From: Anthoceros angustus
Taxonomy: Eukaryota > Plantae > Anthocerotophyta
Assembly (NCBI GenBank): GCA_010909165.1
Contig: MU008167.1
Span: 1,302,001 to 1,366,000, forward strand
Reading direction: 5' to 3'
Length of the DNA stretch: 64,000 nt
Part shown: positions 24,599 to 35,159 of the stretch, one piece after another
Position numbering within the stretch: the stretch's first letter is position 1
Layout of the letters: each line of letters starts with the position of its first letter
Program-made: the position numbers and the translations under genes
The notes under the pieces: generated by a model
What the model was told of the DNA's origin: nothing
Seen by the model: the letters and a program-made list of their open reading frames with translations, nothing else
The model's database searches: none

Positions 24599-25511
24599 TG
24601 TCTTACGGACCCTTATAAAGGTGGAGGACCTTCATGAGCTCGATGGTCTACCTTTGGACAAAGGGTTGGCCTCCCCTTTCCGGTCATGGCAAATTTCAAG
24701 CAACGAGTTTCCATCGCCCGCAAAGGTGTTGGCCGCCATCTTTAGGACGATCATGATTCCTAGAAACGCAGACGGTGGCAGAGGGTAAGTAGGTCCTTCT
24801 CTATCCTGGACGGCGATATCTTGGGGTGGTTGGGGTTATAGGGTAGATTAGTGCGGGGCACGCCCGACCGGGTGCCCCGCTATGTGTTGTCCCCGTCATG
24901 CCGTGGTGATACTAATCGCACTTGGGTTTAGTGTTTGATTAGCATTAATTAATCTAATTACTTATCTTTAAGTAAGTAATTAGTGTTAATTAATCTAAAG
25001 TGCTTATGTTAATTAAGCGTAGATTAGTGTTAATTAATCTAATGTGCTTATGTTAATTACTGATTAGTTTTAATTAAACATGGTTAGCTAAGTGGATAAG
25101 CTCAAGTAATATGCTTTGGCATATTCCTTGCATATTATAGTGTATTCTTAGGATACAATAGCTAAGTGGATAAGCTCAAGTAATATGCTTTGACATATTC
25201 CTTGCATATTATAGTATATTCTTAGGATATTTCGCATATGCCGATGCCAATAGGATATCTTAGAATATGCCGATGCCGTGGTCTAGTATATATAGACCCT
25301 TCCATTGAGGACAAGCTCGATCATAGCTTGTCCTCTAGATATGCAATGCAAGGTGTTGTGAGGAGGCCAAAGCTATGACTCGAGCGATGTGTGAGGAATT
25401 TGCGTGTTGTTCTCGTGGGAGAGTGTGTTTGTGCCACGACGTGCGAGCTACTCCCTCCTGTTACAAGCTATGATCTCGTGTGTACACTGATAGGGTGACC
25501 AGGCTTAGTGT
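24599..25511 (+). mobile_element. LTR-like block (copy)
   Basis: Copy of 2505-3403. Confidence 0.5.
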
Positions 25512-25561
25512 GATGCTAGGCGATGCTAGGCGATGCCAGGCGATGCTAGGCGATGCCAGGC
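25512..25561 (+). repeat. GATGCYAGGC decamer tandem repeat (5 units)
   Basis: Read directly from the sequence; two units carry a T>C change. Confidence 0.95.
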
Positions 25562-25619
25562 GACGCCGCCTCTTAAGCAGGCAAGGGACTCGAGTGTGCC
25601 CAAGGCTTGAGGCCTAGAG

Positions 25620-25895
25620 GACCAAGCCCAAGGCGAAGGAGAGGAGGAGAAGAGGCGAAGCCCAAGTCCAAGGCCAAGAGGAGGAGGCGAAGAAGCCCAA
25701 GCCCAAGGCCAAGAGGAGGAGGCGAAGCCCAAGCCCAAGGCCAAGGAGGAGGCGAGCCCAAGCCAAGGAGAGGAGGCGAAGCCCAAGCCCAAGGCCAAGG
25801 AGGAGGCGAAGCCCAAGTCCAAGGCCAAGGAGAGGAGGCGAAGCCCAAGTCCAAGGCCAAGGAGAGGAGGCGAAGGCGAAGAAGCCCATACCAAG
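25620..25895 (+). repeat. KPK-type purine-rich repeat array
   Basis: Same motif as at 145-325. Confidence 0.85.
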
Positions 25896-26269
25896 GAGAG
25901 GAATGAGGCGTCCACAGGGGCTGGCCTTTAAGGCCAACCAACCAAGGAGAAACAAAGTATTTTACTCTTGGGCCCTGATTCCAAGGGATAAGGGAGAAGT
26001 GGATAGACATGGGTATGTCATCAGTCCATTTGATTTCACTTTCCAAAACTCCTAGTTAGGCAAGACCGATCTGCACTAATCCACCCCACGGTGCTTAACT
26101 ATGGAGTTCCTATGCCTTTGCTATCCAACTCACCCAAATACATTTTTGACATGATATAGCAGAGTATTTGTATGCAATTTTAACATGCATAGATACTTAG
26201 AGGTTTCACTAATCACGATCTAAGATAGCGGAGTGTGTTAACCTTGATTAAGGGTTTGATCTAGCCACT

Positions 26270-28120
26270 AACCGCCTGGAGTGCATGCCTGGACACACTC
26301 GATCCGGACGGAGCTACCAACCAGCAAGTCCATCAGAGCGAATTCGAAGTCCCGACCAAGAGGAAGAAGTGCGAACACCTCGATTTTGGTACCACCGAAG
26401 GACGCGGAGGAACCCAGCGACACAATCAACAATCTTTGAAGGATCTGTGAGTGGCAACACACAAGACACGTTAGTGCGGGACAACTCGGAAGCGACAGCG
26501 AGGAGGACTTGTCTCTTGGAGTCGTCAAGATGGGAGGAGACAAGGATCGAATGGAGTTGTTCACAGGACGAGCGGGCACCTTGCCACTGGAGGACTTCAT
26601 CGAGAAGTACGTGCGGTGTGCGGAGATGGAATTGAAGACCGGATACGACACGGCTTCATCCAAATGCCAAGTACTTGGGGATGAAGCATTGGCGTGCTAT
26701 CGCGAGCACAAGGCGAGGTTGTTGAGCGGCACCTTGCCACCGGAGGACCAGTGAGTAGGCCGAGCTAGGGAACCAAAGTAGACGAGAAGGTCACCGAGTG
26801 AGCACGATCCCATCAAGAGATGTTTGACATCTTCCTACTGGAGTTTCGCAAGCACGGATGAGAAGATCTCCGAAATGACACTTCAAGATGAAGTCGCGAT
26901 CGCAAAGATGGCCATCAAGAATCGACCAGTTGGTACGTGACACCAAGATCATGAGTGACCGATCGCAGAGAAGTACTTGCATTGCCATATGCATCATGAA
27001 GGTGCAACAAGCGTGCACAAGACGGGGCAACACTACACCTCAAGGAAGTGTACGAGATGGTCGACAAGATAGGGCCCGACACTTTCTCTCGTGCTGTGCA
27101 AGTGATTACTCCAAGACAAGTAGGAGTGGTGGACGACATGACCGACGCGGAGGTCGAGTGGAGGAGCTCGAGACAAGCCACCCCACACAGCCCCTGGGGA
27201 CGAGCCCCCGCGTGAGGTGCCGAGGACGGACCATTCCCTCATGAGTGCGAGCATGCATTCGGAGGAGTCAAGGGTGAGGAGCCATGCCCTAGGTGTGGAG
27301 GTACGGCACAATGAAGCGGCATGTTGGGAGAAGCATCCGAATTGCGGCCTACGGGTTATCGAGCAAAGAACCCCGCCAATGCATCCGGCCAACCTCATCC
27401 ACAAAATCAAGAGCAAAGGCGCCGTGGAGGAGGCACTGCCAAGTCCCGTGGACAAAAGAAACGGAAGCATCAAAGAAGACGATGGACAGCTACGTGGCAC
27501 GCCTTGCAAAGCTGGAGAAGTTGGCAGGAAGGCGAAGATCAAGGAGAGCAGCAGCTCATCATCGAGGACGAAGAAGATGAGCACAAGCTTGGATACATGG
27601 CGATCGTGACCAGATCCAAGGGCAGGAAGAAACCTCCGCAGCTACGAGAAGATAGCTCAGAGGAAGAAGAGGATGTCGAGGTACACTGCTTGGTCACTGA
27701 TGCAGACACATTTGATGTCTTGCTCGGAGCGGACGCTTTGTACAAACCTGGAGTCATGGTGGATTTGTGGACGGAGATCTACTATCGATCAGCCGAGAAG
27801 CTGGAGCAAAACCGATGAACGGATTGCCCGCATCCCTCTGCATGCGTGGCAAGGATCATGAGAACCTCATTGCCAGCGGCCTACCTGGTTTGGTCAGAGT
27901 GAAGGACACGCCATACGTGCTTGAACCTCTTGGCGTGTGTCTAACAACCGCAACTAACCCGATGGAGGATTTCGACGAGAAGGAGGAAGACAAGCTAGGT
28001 TGCAACCACCCTGAGGAGGTTCTTCAAGTCACTCGGACGGAGTCAGGATCGCAGAATGAGCCGTGTGGTGGAGGACGGTGCAAGAGGACCAAGTGTCCTA
28101 TGAGTCAAGAACTGTAAGTT
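26270..28120 (+). mobile_element. Gypsy-like gag-protease remnant with an internal ~0.6-kb deletion
   Basis: Copy of 16520-18970 lacking the segment between gaggatgtc and tgtcgaggtacac, so the protease DTG motif is lost. Confidence 0.65.
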
Positions 28121-29577
28121 CTGCCTAGGGTTGAGCCTGCTTGTGACCTAACATCTGTGTCATCACATGGCGACCTCGGAAGAAAGCATAGTGATGGTGG
28201 AACTTTGAGGCATCGACCGCTTGGTCAATAAGAGTGGCATCAAAGTATGAAGATACGTGCATTGCACCGGATCCAAAAGCAAGGATTGTGCCACGATGTG
28301 CGAGCTACTCCCTGCTGTTACAGGTTGCACCTATATATCTCGCAGACGATTGTTTGCTTGGTTGTTGGTCGAGGAAGTGCTTATATGAATTCAAGTGCTT
28401 ACCTCGACATCCCCTTTCGTCTTGGGTAGATGGGATTTCCATCTCGCTCCTTTTATAAAGTCTCCACATTCCCTTTGGACAATTTGTTCATCTCAAACCG
28501 GGTCTTGTGCCTCTAAAGGAAAAAACTTGCCATAAGGAAAAAGCCATACTTAAGAGTCTCCAGAAAGTCTACTTCTGTCTTAGGACTTATTGTTCAATAA
28601 ATCGTCTGTGGTTGTAGAAGTAGAAAACTGTTTAGACACAACATTGAGGTGGCACCGAGTTGATCTGTCGGTGGTGTCATGAGAAGGGGAAAAAGAAAAG
28701 TAGGGCTTCTCCCTTAATCCTCTTTCGTACACCATATACAACACCCCGGGGATTAGCATATAAGTGTTTGCTACTAGAAATAAAGGAGAGAGACACACCC
28801 ATGTGGAAAAGCAAAACGTTTTTGAGGGAGGAGAGATGATGGGGGAAGAGCCCATCTAGCAGAGGCTGGCAGGCAGGCATATGTCACACCTACCGCTTGG
28901 AAAAAAAAGACTCCCCACTTTGATTGATCCGTACAGTTTTCATGTTTGGTGCGCGAAGTCTTGCAAACACGTTTCGATTCACTCGTGGACGTCTCACTTG
29001 CAGGAAGCGCGAGCGGCTGATGTACGTACATCCGCTGCCAAGTCCGGAGCAGCCAAGGAGCACTTGAGAGAAAGCGGAGCAGCTGACGGGCCAGGCCTGT
29101 TGTTGATGAAGCGTTCAGACCCAGCTTTGTGACGCATGTCCAGAAACGAGGACTGGTAGTCTGGCCGACAGAGTCTCACAAGGAGCGAGTTCTGACTGAT
29201 CGGTGTTCGCAGAAACAGACCAATTCTGTGAAAGCCAATTCGTGGTGGGTGGAAGCGGTTTCGAAAGTCTGTTCAGGTCGGGAACAGGTTATGCGGTGCC
29301 TACACTTGACAGTTGCAGAAGGACTTGTCTAACGTCTAGAGAACAAGTTTTGAAATGCCTCTCTCGTGCGAGTTCCTCTGAGAACTGGGAGAATATTGAA
29401 TGGAGCAGCGTAGAGCTGGCTGGGCAGGTCCCAATCTCCACTTGAGGGACGTGCATGAGCAGTCCTTTCGGATTTGTGCTCTGTAGCTACTAATACAAGG
29501 AAGAATGAAGAATGTTACACAGGTACATCCAGACGTTCTTGACGAACACGCTGGAGGTGGTGTTGTTTTCAGCGTTT

Positions 29578-30960
29578 TCAGCTTCCACGCTCCCACACTT
29601 TATAATCGGGCCCCTCTAAGGCAAGCTTCCAGTTATGCCCCTGCGGCCAGTAGTCCCCAGGCCCGATCTTGACGACGAGGCCATCGTCGATGATAGCAGC
29701 GTAAAACTCCTTCCTAGCCTCAAGAATATCGGTGGAGCTCCTGGAGTGAATGTTGGCCTTCTTCCTCAAGGCGATGAGCTTCCGGATTGGCTCCCGCAGC
29801 GTAGGGTCTTTGATGTGGTCGTAGAAGACGGCAACATGGCCCGGGTGCGTGAGGATGTAAGCATAGCCCTGCAGCTCCTTCCCGGCCGGGAAGCGCCAGT
29901 GGCCCTGCGTGGATCCCGTGTCGTGGTTGTCGATGAAGGTAACGGCCCGGGCGGACCACCATCCGAGCACCCCGGGGTTTGCGCTTGTTGTCCGTGAGCC
30001 GCCAGTACTCGCACCTCTCGATGGCCGCATGCAGAACGCCCTTGGTGGTGAAGTCGAAGGCGGCCGCCTTGTCCCCGTGGCGTTGATCCAGTTCACGATC
30101 CGCTGCCGGTGCGCGTTCTGGTTGAAATCAAGCTCCCCGTTGCTGTAGGACATGCAGTCCCCAGAACTCCCCTACGGAGAAGGCGGGCTGGCTGGCGTCG
30201 ATGTATTCCTTCACATGCCCGCCCCAGAAGCCGCGGACGTAGTCGAACCTCCAGCCGTCGAAGCCGACCTCGGATTTCAGCCACTGCAGCCACTCGCAGA
30301 GATCCCGCCGGACGAAGTCCTGGAGTGGTCGATGTTCGGGGCGGCGTGGAAGTTCTCCCGCTGCTGCTGTGGTTGCCCCGGCCTTGAAGTTAGGGTCGTC
30401 GGAGACGATGGCCCGGTCGTTCCAGTTCATCTTCCCGCCGTACACATTCCAGATGCCCCTGGCTGTTCTGCGCCTGCGCGCAGCGGTGGTTCACCACGAT
30501 GTCTGCCAGAACCTGGATGCCTACGCTGTGGAGCTTGGCGATGGCTTCCTTCAGGTCGGCCAGGCTGCCGTACTTGGAGTCCAGGTTGTACAGGTCTGTT
30601 GGCATGTAACCCTCGGGAGCCATGGACTGGGATGGAGGGGAGCCAGATGGAAGTGAACCCAAATCCGACCAGGTCGTCTGCTTGGGATGCGATGGTCTTG
30701 TACCAGTTGTCTGATTTGTGGGACTCCCAGTTGAAGCCTTGGAGAAGAATCTGGGTCTCTGGTTCAGCCGGCTTGGGCTTGGGGGCGGGCTGGACTGGAA
30801 GGAGGGGCATCTTTGGTGCTGCAGGCTTGGGGGTGGGAGGGGCAAGGGGTGGGGATATTGCTGCCGCTGCTGCTTCGCCTCTGATTCGCAGAATCTTGCT
30901 CCTGTGGACCTCTACTGGGAGTGGTGGGAGTTGTTGGGTCTTCAGCTTTGAGGACAGCAC
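29578..30960 (-). CDS. AMY: Alpha-amylase (GH13, plant type), resident copy; intronless catalytic domain with a Pro-rich N-terminal linker; start codon unresolved
   Basis: ETQILLQGFNWESHKSDNWY..GYMPTDLYNLDSKYG..DIVVNHRCA..GWRFDYVRG..GEFW..FIDNHDTGSTQGHWRFP..DYKVWERGS*. Several frameshifts fall at homopolymers, which look like sequencing errors. Confidence 0.85.
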
Positions 30961-30975
30961 AGGAACTCAGTGGCG

Positions 30976-32683
30976 TTAATGGAATGCTATGGAGTTGGAA
31001 GCTTCCCTGATTTGACAGCCATGGACCTCTAGGCTTTCCTTGTGTTGTGGAGAGGATAAGACGATGCCATCCTTGGAGGGAGCCACCTGCTTGGATTGCA
31101 AGGCGGGAAAATATGTTGCTGCAATAGAAGAAGCTGCTGCTGATGTTGCTGTTGCTTGTTGCTGCTGCAGAAGAGGAAATGGAGACGGTATCTTATTGTG
31201 TCCTCCTGGAGAGCAAGAAGAACATGGGTTGATGAAATTTGAAATGCACGTGTGAGACGAGGTAGGTTGAGGAGAACTAGGAGAAGGAAGCATACCTGTC
31301 TGTACTCCTTGATGAGCCTCCGCTTCTCAATCCGATCGGGTGTGAGTGATGTTTGAACCACCGGGGTTCTGGGTTTCAGATGGAACTGCTTCAAGCCGGT
31401 GTAGGGTCTGGAACTTGCAGAAGCGCCGCCTGGCACGGTAATGCGCACAGATTTGGGCCCCTCGTCCTGATTGATCAAATTTGTCCTCCGGCCGGAACCG
31501 ATATCTTCACTATGCATTGAACCAACATCTGTCATCCGGTCTAAACCATAATCGCCAGCATTGACCTCGCGCACCACGCCGTATTGTCCTCCGAGGAAGA
31601 CAGCTCCGGCTACAGATTGAGGCAAAGCAGTGACGAGCCCGTCGATCTTAGTCGTCGCCCCAGCTCCCAAAAAATTAGTCACTGAGTTAGCCTCTTCCAT
31701 GATTTCTGAGCTGCCTGCGCTCGGCTTCCCAGGCGCTGGCTTCTTCCCATCTTGTGGTTCCAGTGACACCCCCTGCACGAGCTCCTGAAGTGGTATCAGA
31801 TTTGGAAATTCGAGTTGAGGAGTAGCAGACAGAGCTCTAGCCGCCTCCTCGTCTTCAAAAGCTGTCAGCATGACGGTTTCCAACCACTTCATCACTGTGT
31901 GGATAGTCACTCCTTTCTGCGTGAACTTGGTCCTCCTATTAGTAGGCATGAGGGAGAATCTCTTGGGCTTCACCTTGGAGCCCTTGGGCAGCCACTCACG
32001 CGGTGTGCATACCACGAAGGCGAAGTTGCCCCATGCATCGAACCCAGCGGAGCCTGGCATCCAGATGAGATTGTCTGGGGATGTGAATTGCAGCACATGC
32101 TGGTCAGCTTGTTTGATCTCGCCCTCCCCAGTGAACTTAGGTAGTCCAAGATCATCGCCCCTTATGTGCCCAAGAAGATGAACCTTCCCTCCTTTGGCGT
32201 AAGACCTCCCAGTTGCCTTCTTCAAGTCCATGGGAAGAGGGGTGAAGATGGGCAACTGGTCATCGCAGCACACTAGTGTCAGGTCCAGAGAATTGCTGGT
32301 AAGGAAGAACCTGCACCACAGGAACACCAACATCAAGCCCTCGCCACCACGCCCACATGAAGAAAGAAGCCATCCCAATTTTAAGCATGCAGAACCTACC
32401 GTTGAGGATAAAGCTTGCGTCTGAAGGTGCAGTTGTGTAGAATGAAGGTGACCTCTCCACCGATTGCATCTTTCCCCTCTGGCAGAGTGCTGTGGGTAGT
32501 GAGCACCAAAGCTTTATGCACCAGAATGCAAGTGGCCTGCCCATGGAGTGACTTGATCCCTTGGCCCTGCAAGACCCCAAGGACGGAGTGCCAGCCCCGG
32601 ACATACGCTTTGACATTGAACACCGCATTCTTGGCCCTGCAAAGCCTTCCCAGACAACCCCTTGGAGACGGTGAGTCTGCCAT
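30976..32683 (-). CDS. Plant trypsin-like (Trypsin_2-type) serine peptidase-domain protein; 3' end uncertain
   Basis: Exon 1 is 32683-32400 and a GT-AG intron spans 32399-32311. The product contains ILVHKALVLTTH, RFFLTSNSLDLTLV and WMPGSAGFDAWGNFAFVVC, which I recognise from an uncharacterised plant family and which carry candidate His, Asp and Ser triad residues. Confidence 0.65.
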
Positions 32684-33494
32684 CAAGAGAGCCGGCGGCA
32701 ATAATCCACGAGGAGCAACCGTCCCGCTGATCAATGACTTCGTTCAATTGGGCCCTCATGCCGCATAATTGGTCGCGTCCTGAACACACGATGAAACTGG
32801 GCAGCATGTCGTCAGGAGGAAGGAAGCTTGCCATCTCTGGCCCTGAGAAAACTTTGCCACTTGGTTGATGAGGCAAGAATGTTGGTGCTGAAGAACTGGA
32901 TTGCTGCACCACTCTGCACCTGGAGGCGACGCACACGCTTGGGCACACATGCAGCGATGGCAGGCAAGACGAGCAACAACATGATGGTGCCACAGCCATC
33001 ATCCGTGCCAGGATACTGAAGAAAAGAGAAACAACGGGCGCGGAAAGGTACCATAAAAGACACACACGCTAGGGTTTCTCCAAGGTTTTGCCCTTTGATG
33101 ACTAAACTTTATAATATCAGGTAAAAATTGACGCCAGTTCAAGGCGACAGAGTGTAACAAAAGTAGTCTCAGGGCTTTGTGTTGCCCCCAATTTCCAAGA
33201 GGAAGCTGGTGTGTATTTAGTAGACGCAGAACCCTAGGCAGACCTGGCTTTCTTGAATAAGGCTGTTGCTTGAAGTTGGATCTGCCGAAGCATGCCGGCA
33301 CGAAACCGTCAGCATTGGAAATTGCGATGTGGGCAAGGCTTTGCTTGAGGCCAGACAGGAGTTTTTGGAGGTCGCATCTCTGAAAGAAACAGAAAGGGTT
33401 AAAAGAGCGGATCAACAGACCTGGAGAAGGCAGGTTCAGTTATGGTGGGCAACAGCGATGCTGGACAGCCGGTTGGTACATATGTACCCGGCAA

Positions 33495-35051
33495 TCAACG
33501 GTCTGCTGAGTCATCGCCCTCAGATGATGATGACTTCCAGGCCGTCAGACTGAGTCCCGCACCTGTTGCGAGTATAGCAGCCACCACTCCAAGAGAGACC
33601 TCTGTTGAAATATGGAGACCGAAATACTCTGCCACCAGCTTGGAGCCGATGAACCCTAAAACAGTGCCCACTGCAGGCTGCAGATACTCGAGCTCGGCCA
33701 TGCTGGAGAAGATCACTGTGTAGAGCGATCTGAGGCCGAGAATTGCAAAGATGTTGGATGAGAAGACGATGAGAGGATCCTTTGTGACTCCGAGGACCGC
33801 TGGAATGGAGTCTACAGCAAAGGCAACATCACTGAGCTCTAGTATGACGACCGTGAGTAGGAGCGGAGTTGCCCGTTGCACGCCATCCACAACAGTGAAG
33901 AACTTGTTCCCGTCGTAGGTCGGGGATACTGGAATGAGTCTCTGGCAAGTTTTGACTACGAAGTTGTCAGATAGGTCGTCGTCATCACCCTCGTCTTTCT
34001 CGGAAAGGATCTTGTAAGCTGTGAACAACAAAATGCCTGCAAAAACAAGACTGACGCCCTCGAATCTCTGAATTGTGGCAACGCCAAGGCCTATCATAAT
34101 TGCTCTGAACACCACAGCTCCAGCTAGTCCGTAGGTGAGGACACGGCTCTGAAATTGGACGGGGACGCGAAAGTAGTTGAAGATAAGGACAAATACAAAC
34201 AAATTGTCCACCGAAAGGCTCTGTTCCAGAAGGTATCCGGCAAAGAACTCGGAAGCCTTCCCACTCCCCTCCTTCAAGGCAACAAGGCCCCCAAACGCAG
34301 CAGCAGAGCCAAACCAGAAGGCAACCGTCTTCAAGGCAGATGCTGTATCCAACGCTGCCGTCTCTTCGGCAGGACTCGGATCCGAAATCTCCCCGACAGA
34401 GGACACAGTTTGCGCAGCCACCTCCACTGTCTCCGCCACCGCTTCAGCAGTGCTCTGCGCAACCACCTCAACTTTCTCCACCACCGCTTCAGCGGTGCTA
34501 TGTGCCACCTCCGTCACAACCTCTACAGTGGATTGAACCAACTCCAATCCACTAGCTGCAGCCTCTGTAACAATTCCAACTACTGCCTGCACCGTACTTT
34601 CCTGCACTTCACTATCCTGCACTTCACTATCCTGCACTTCACTATCCTGCACATCATCTTCCTGCAAATCACTTCCTTGCGCCTCCCTTTCCTGGACCGC
34701 AATTTCCGGCACCACACTTTCCTGCACAACATCCTCCGCCTGGCTAGAATGAGGACTGCCATTCCCGTTCTCTCCACGGCCGTGTCGGCGTAAACGAGCA
34801 GCGTTCTCCCTCACCAATCCCTCCTCGGTCGCCACAGACGCCCTCCCCTCGTCATCTCTCACGCAGAAAAGCGCAAAATCCTTCCCGCCAAACCGCGATC
34901 TAACATGCTGCAACCGGCAATTACGCGGGGAAAGCTTCACCACCAAATCAGCACCAAATATCCTCACAACCTGCCTCGTCCTCCTCCTTTCCTCCTGCCA
35001 TACCGTCCCGAAACACGGCCTAAGCGAGCAAGAAGACGCCGCCGCGGCCAT
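33495..35051 (-). CDS. TERC: Thylakoid membrane protein TERC-like, intronless, with a long acidic N-terminal extension
   Basis: 518-aa ORF with a transit-peptide-like start, EFFAGYLLEQSLSVDNLFVF and ELSDVAFAVDSIPA motifs. Confidence 0.93.
   Translation of the reverse strand: MAAAASSCSLRPCFGTVWQEERRRTRQVVRIFGADLVVKLSPRNCRLQHVRSRFGGKDFALFCVRDDEGRASVATEEGLVRENAARLRRHGRGENGNGSPHSSQAEDVVQESVVPEIAVQEREAQGSDLQEDDVQDSEVQDSEVQDSEVQESTVQAVVGIVTEAAASGLELVQSTVEVVTEVAHSTAEAVVEKVEVVAQSTAEAVAETVEVAAQTVSSVGEISDPSPAEETAALDTASALKTVAFWFGSAAAFGGLVALKEGSGKASEFFAGYLLEQSLSVDNLFVFVLIFNYFRVPVQFQSRVLTYGLAGAVVFRAIMIGLGVATIQRFEGVSLVFAGILLFTAYKILSEKDEGDDDDLSDNFVVKTCQRLIPVSPTYDGNKFFTVVDGVQRATPLLLTVVILELSDVAFAVDSIPAVLGVTKDPLIVFSSNIFAILGLRSLYTVIFSSMAELEYLQPAVGTVLGFIGSKLVAEYFGLHISTEVSLGVVAAILATGAGLSLTAWKSSSSEGDDSADR
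34595..34660 (-). repeat. 15-bp in-frame repeat (VQDSE)n within TERC
   Basis: cctgcacttcactat tandem; the protein reads VQDSEVQDSEVQDSEVQES. Confidence 0.9.
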
Positions 35052-35159
35052 GGCCAGCTACCGCAACAAAGCTGCCTCTCTTCCAGGCACAACAAACCGC
35101 TTTCCACCGAACCCTAGCCTACATCACACCATGCACTTCCCGACCCCGGCCTCCGCAGA

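Larger units (their letters stand above)
1..30743. repeat. Tandem array of a ~9.7-kb composite unit (cleanest copy 15773-25511; scrambled copy 3404-15772; variant partial copy 1-3403; last partial copy 25512-30743 joins the resident amylase gene)
   Basis: The same ordered blocks recur with near-identical sequence. Decamer arrays start at 28, 3404, 15773 and 25512; the TGTCTTACGGACCC block starts at 2505, 14882 and 24599; amylase segments lie at ~6.5, 9.6, 20.3 and 29.6 kb. Confidence 0.9.

Noticed and set aside
28-25561. Decamer and KPK arrays as CRISPR or telomere repeats
   Set aside because: There are no unique spacers or cas genes, the context is eukaryotic, and the motif is not TTTAGGG-like.
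29578-30700. Resident amylase as a pseudogene because of frameshifts
   Set aside because: The shifts I traced sit in G or C runs that are one base short (ACGGGGAC, AAACCCCGGGG), and restoring them gives canonical DKAAAFDFTTKG..KPPGV. The gag IDTGAQP motif shows the same pattern, so sequencing error is more likely.
33495-35051. TerC as a bacterial horizontal transfer or tellurium-resistance gene
   Set aside because: It has a plastid transit-like N-terminus and matches the native plant TERC family.
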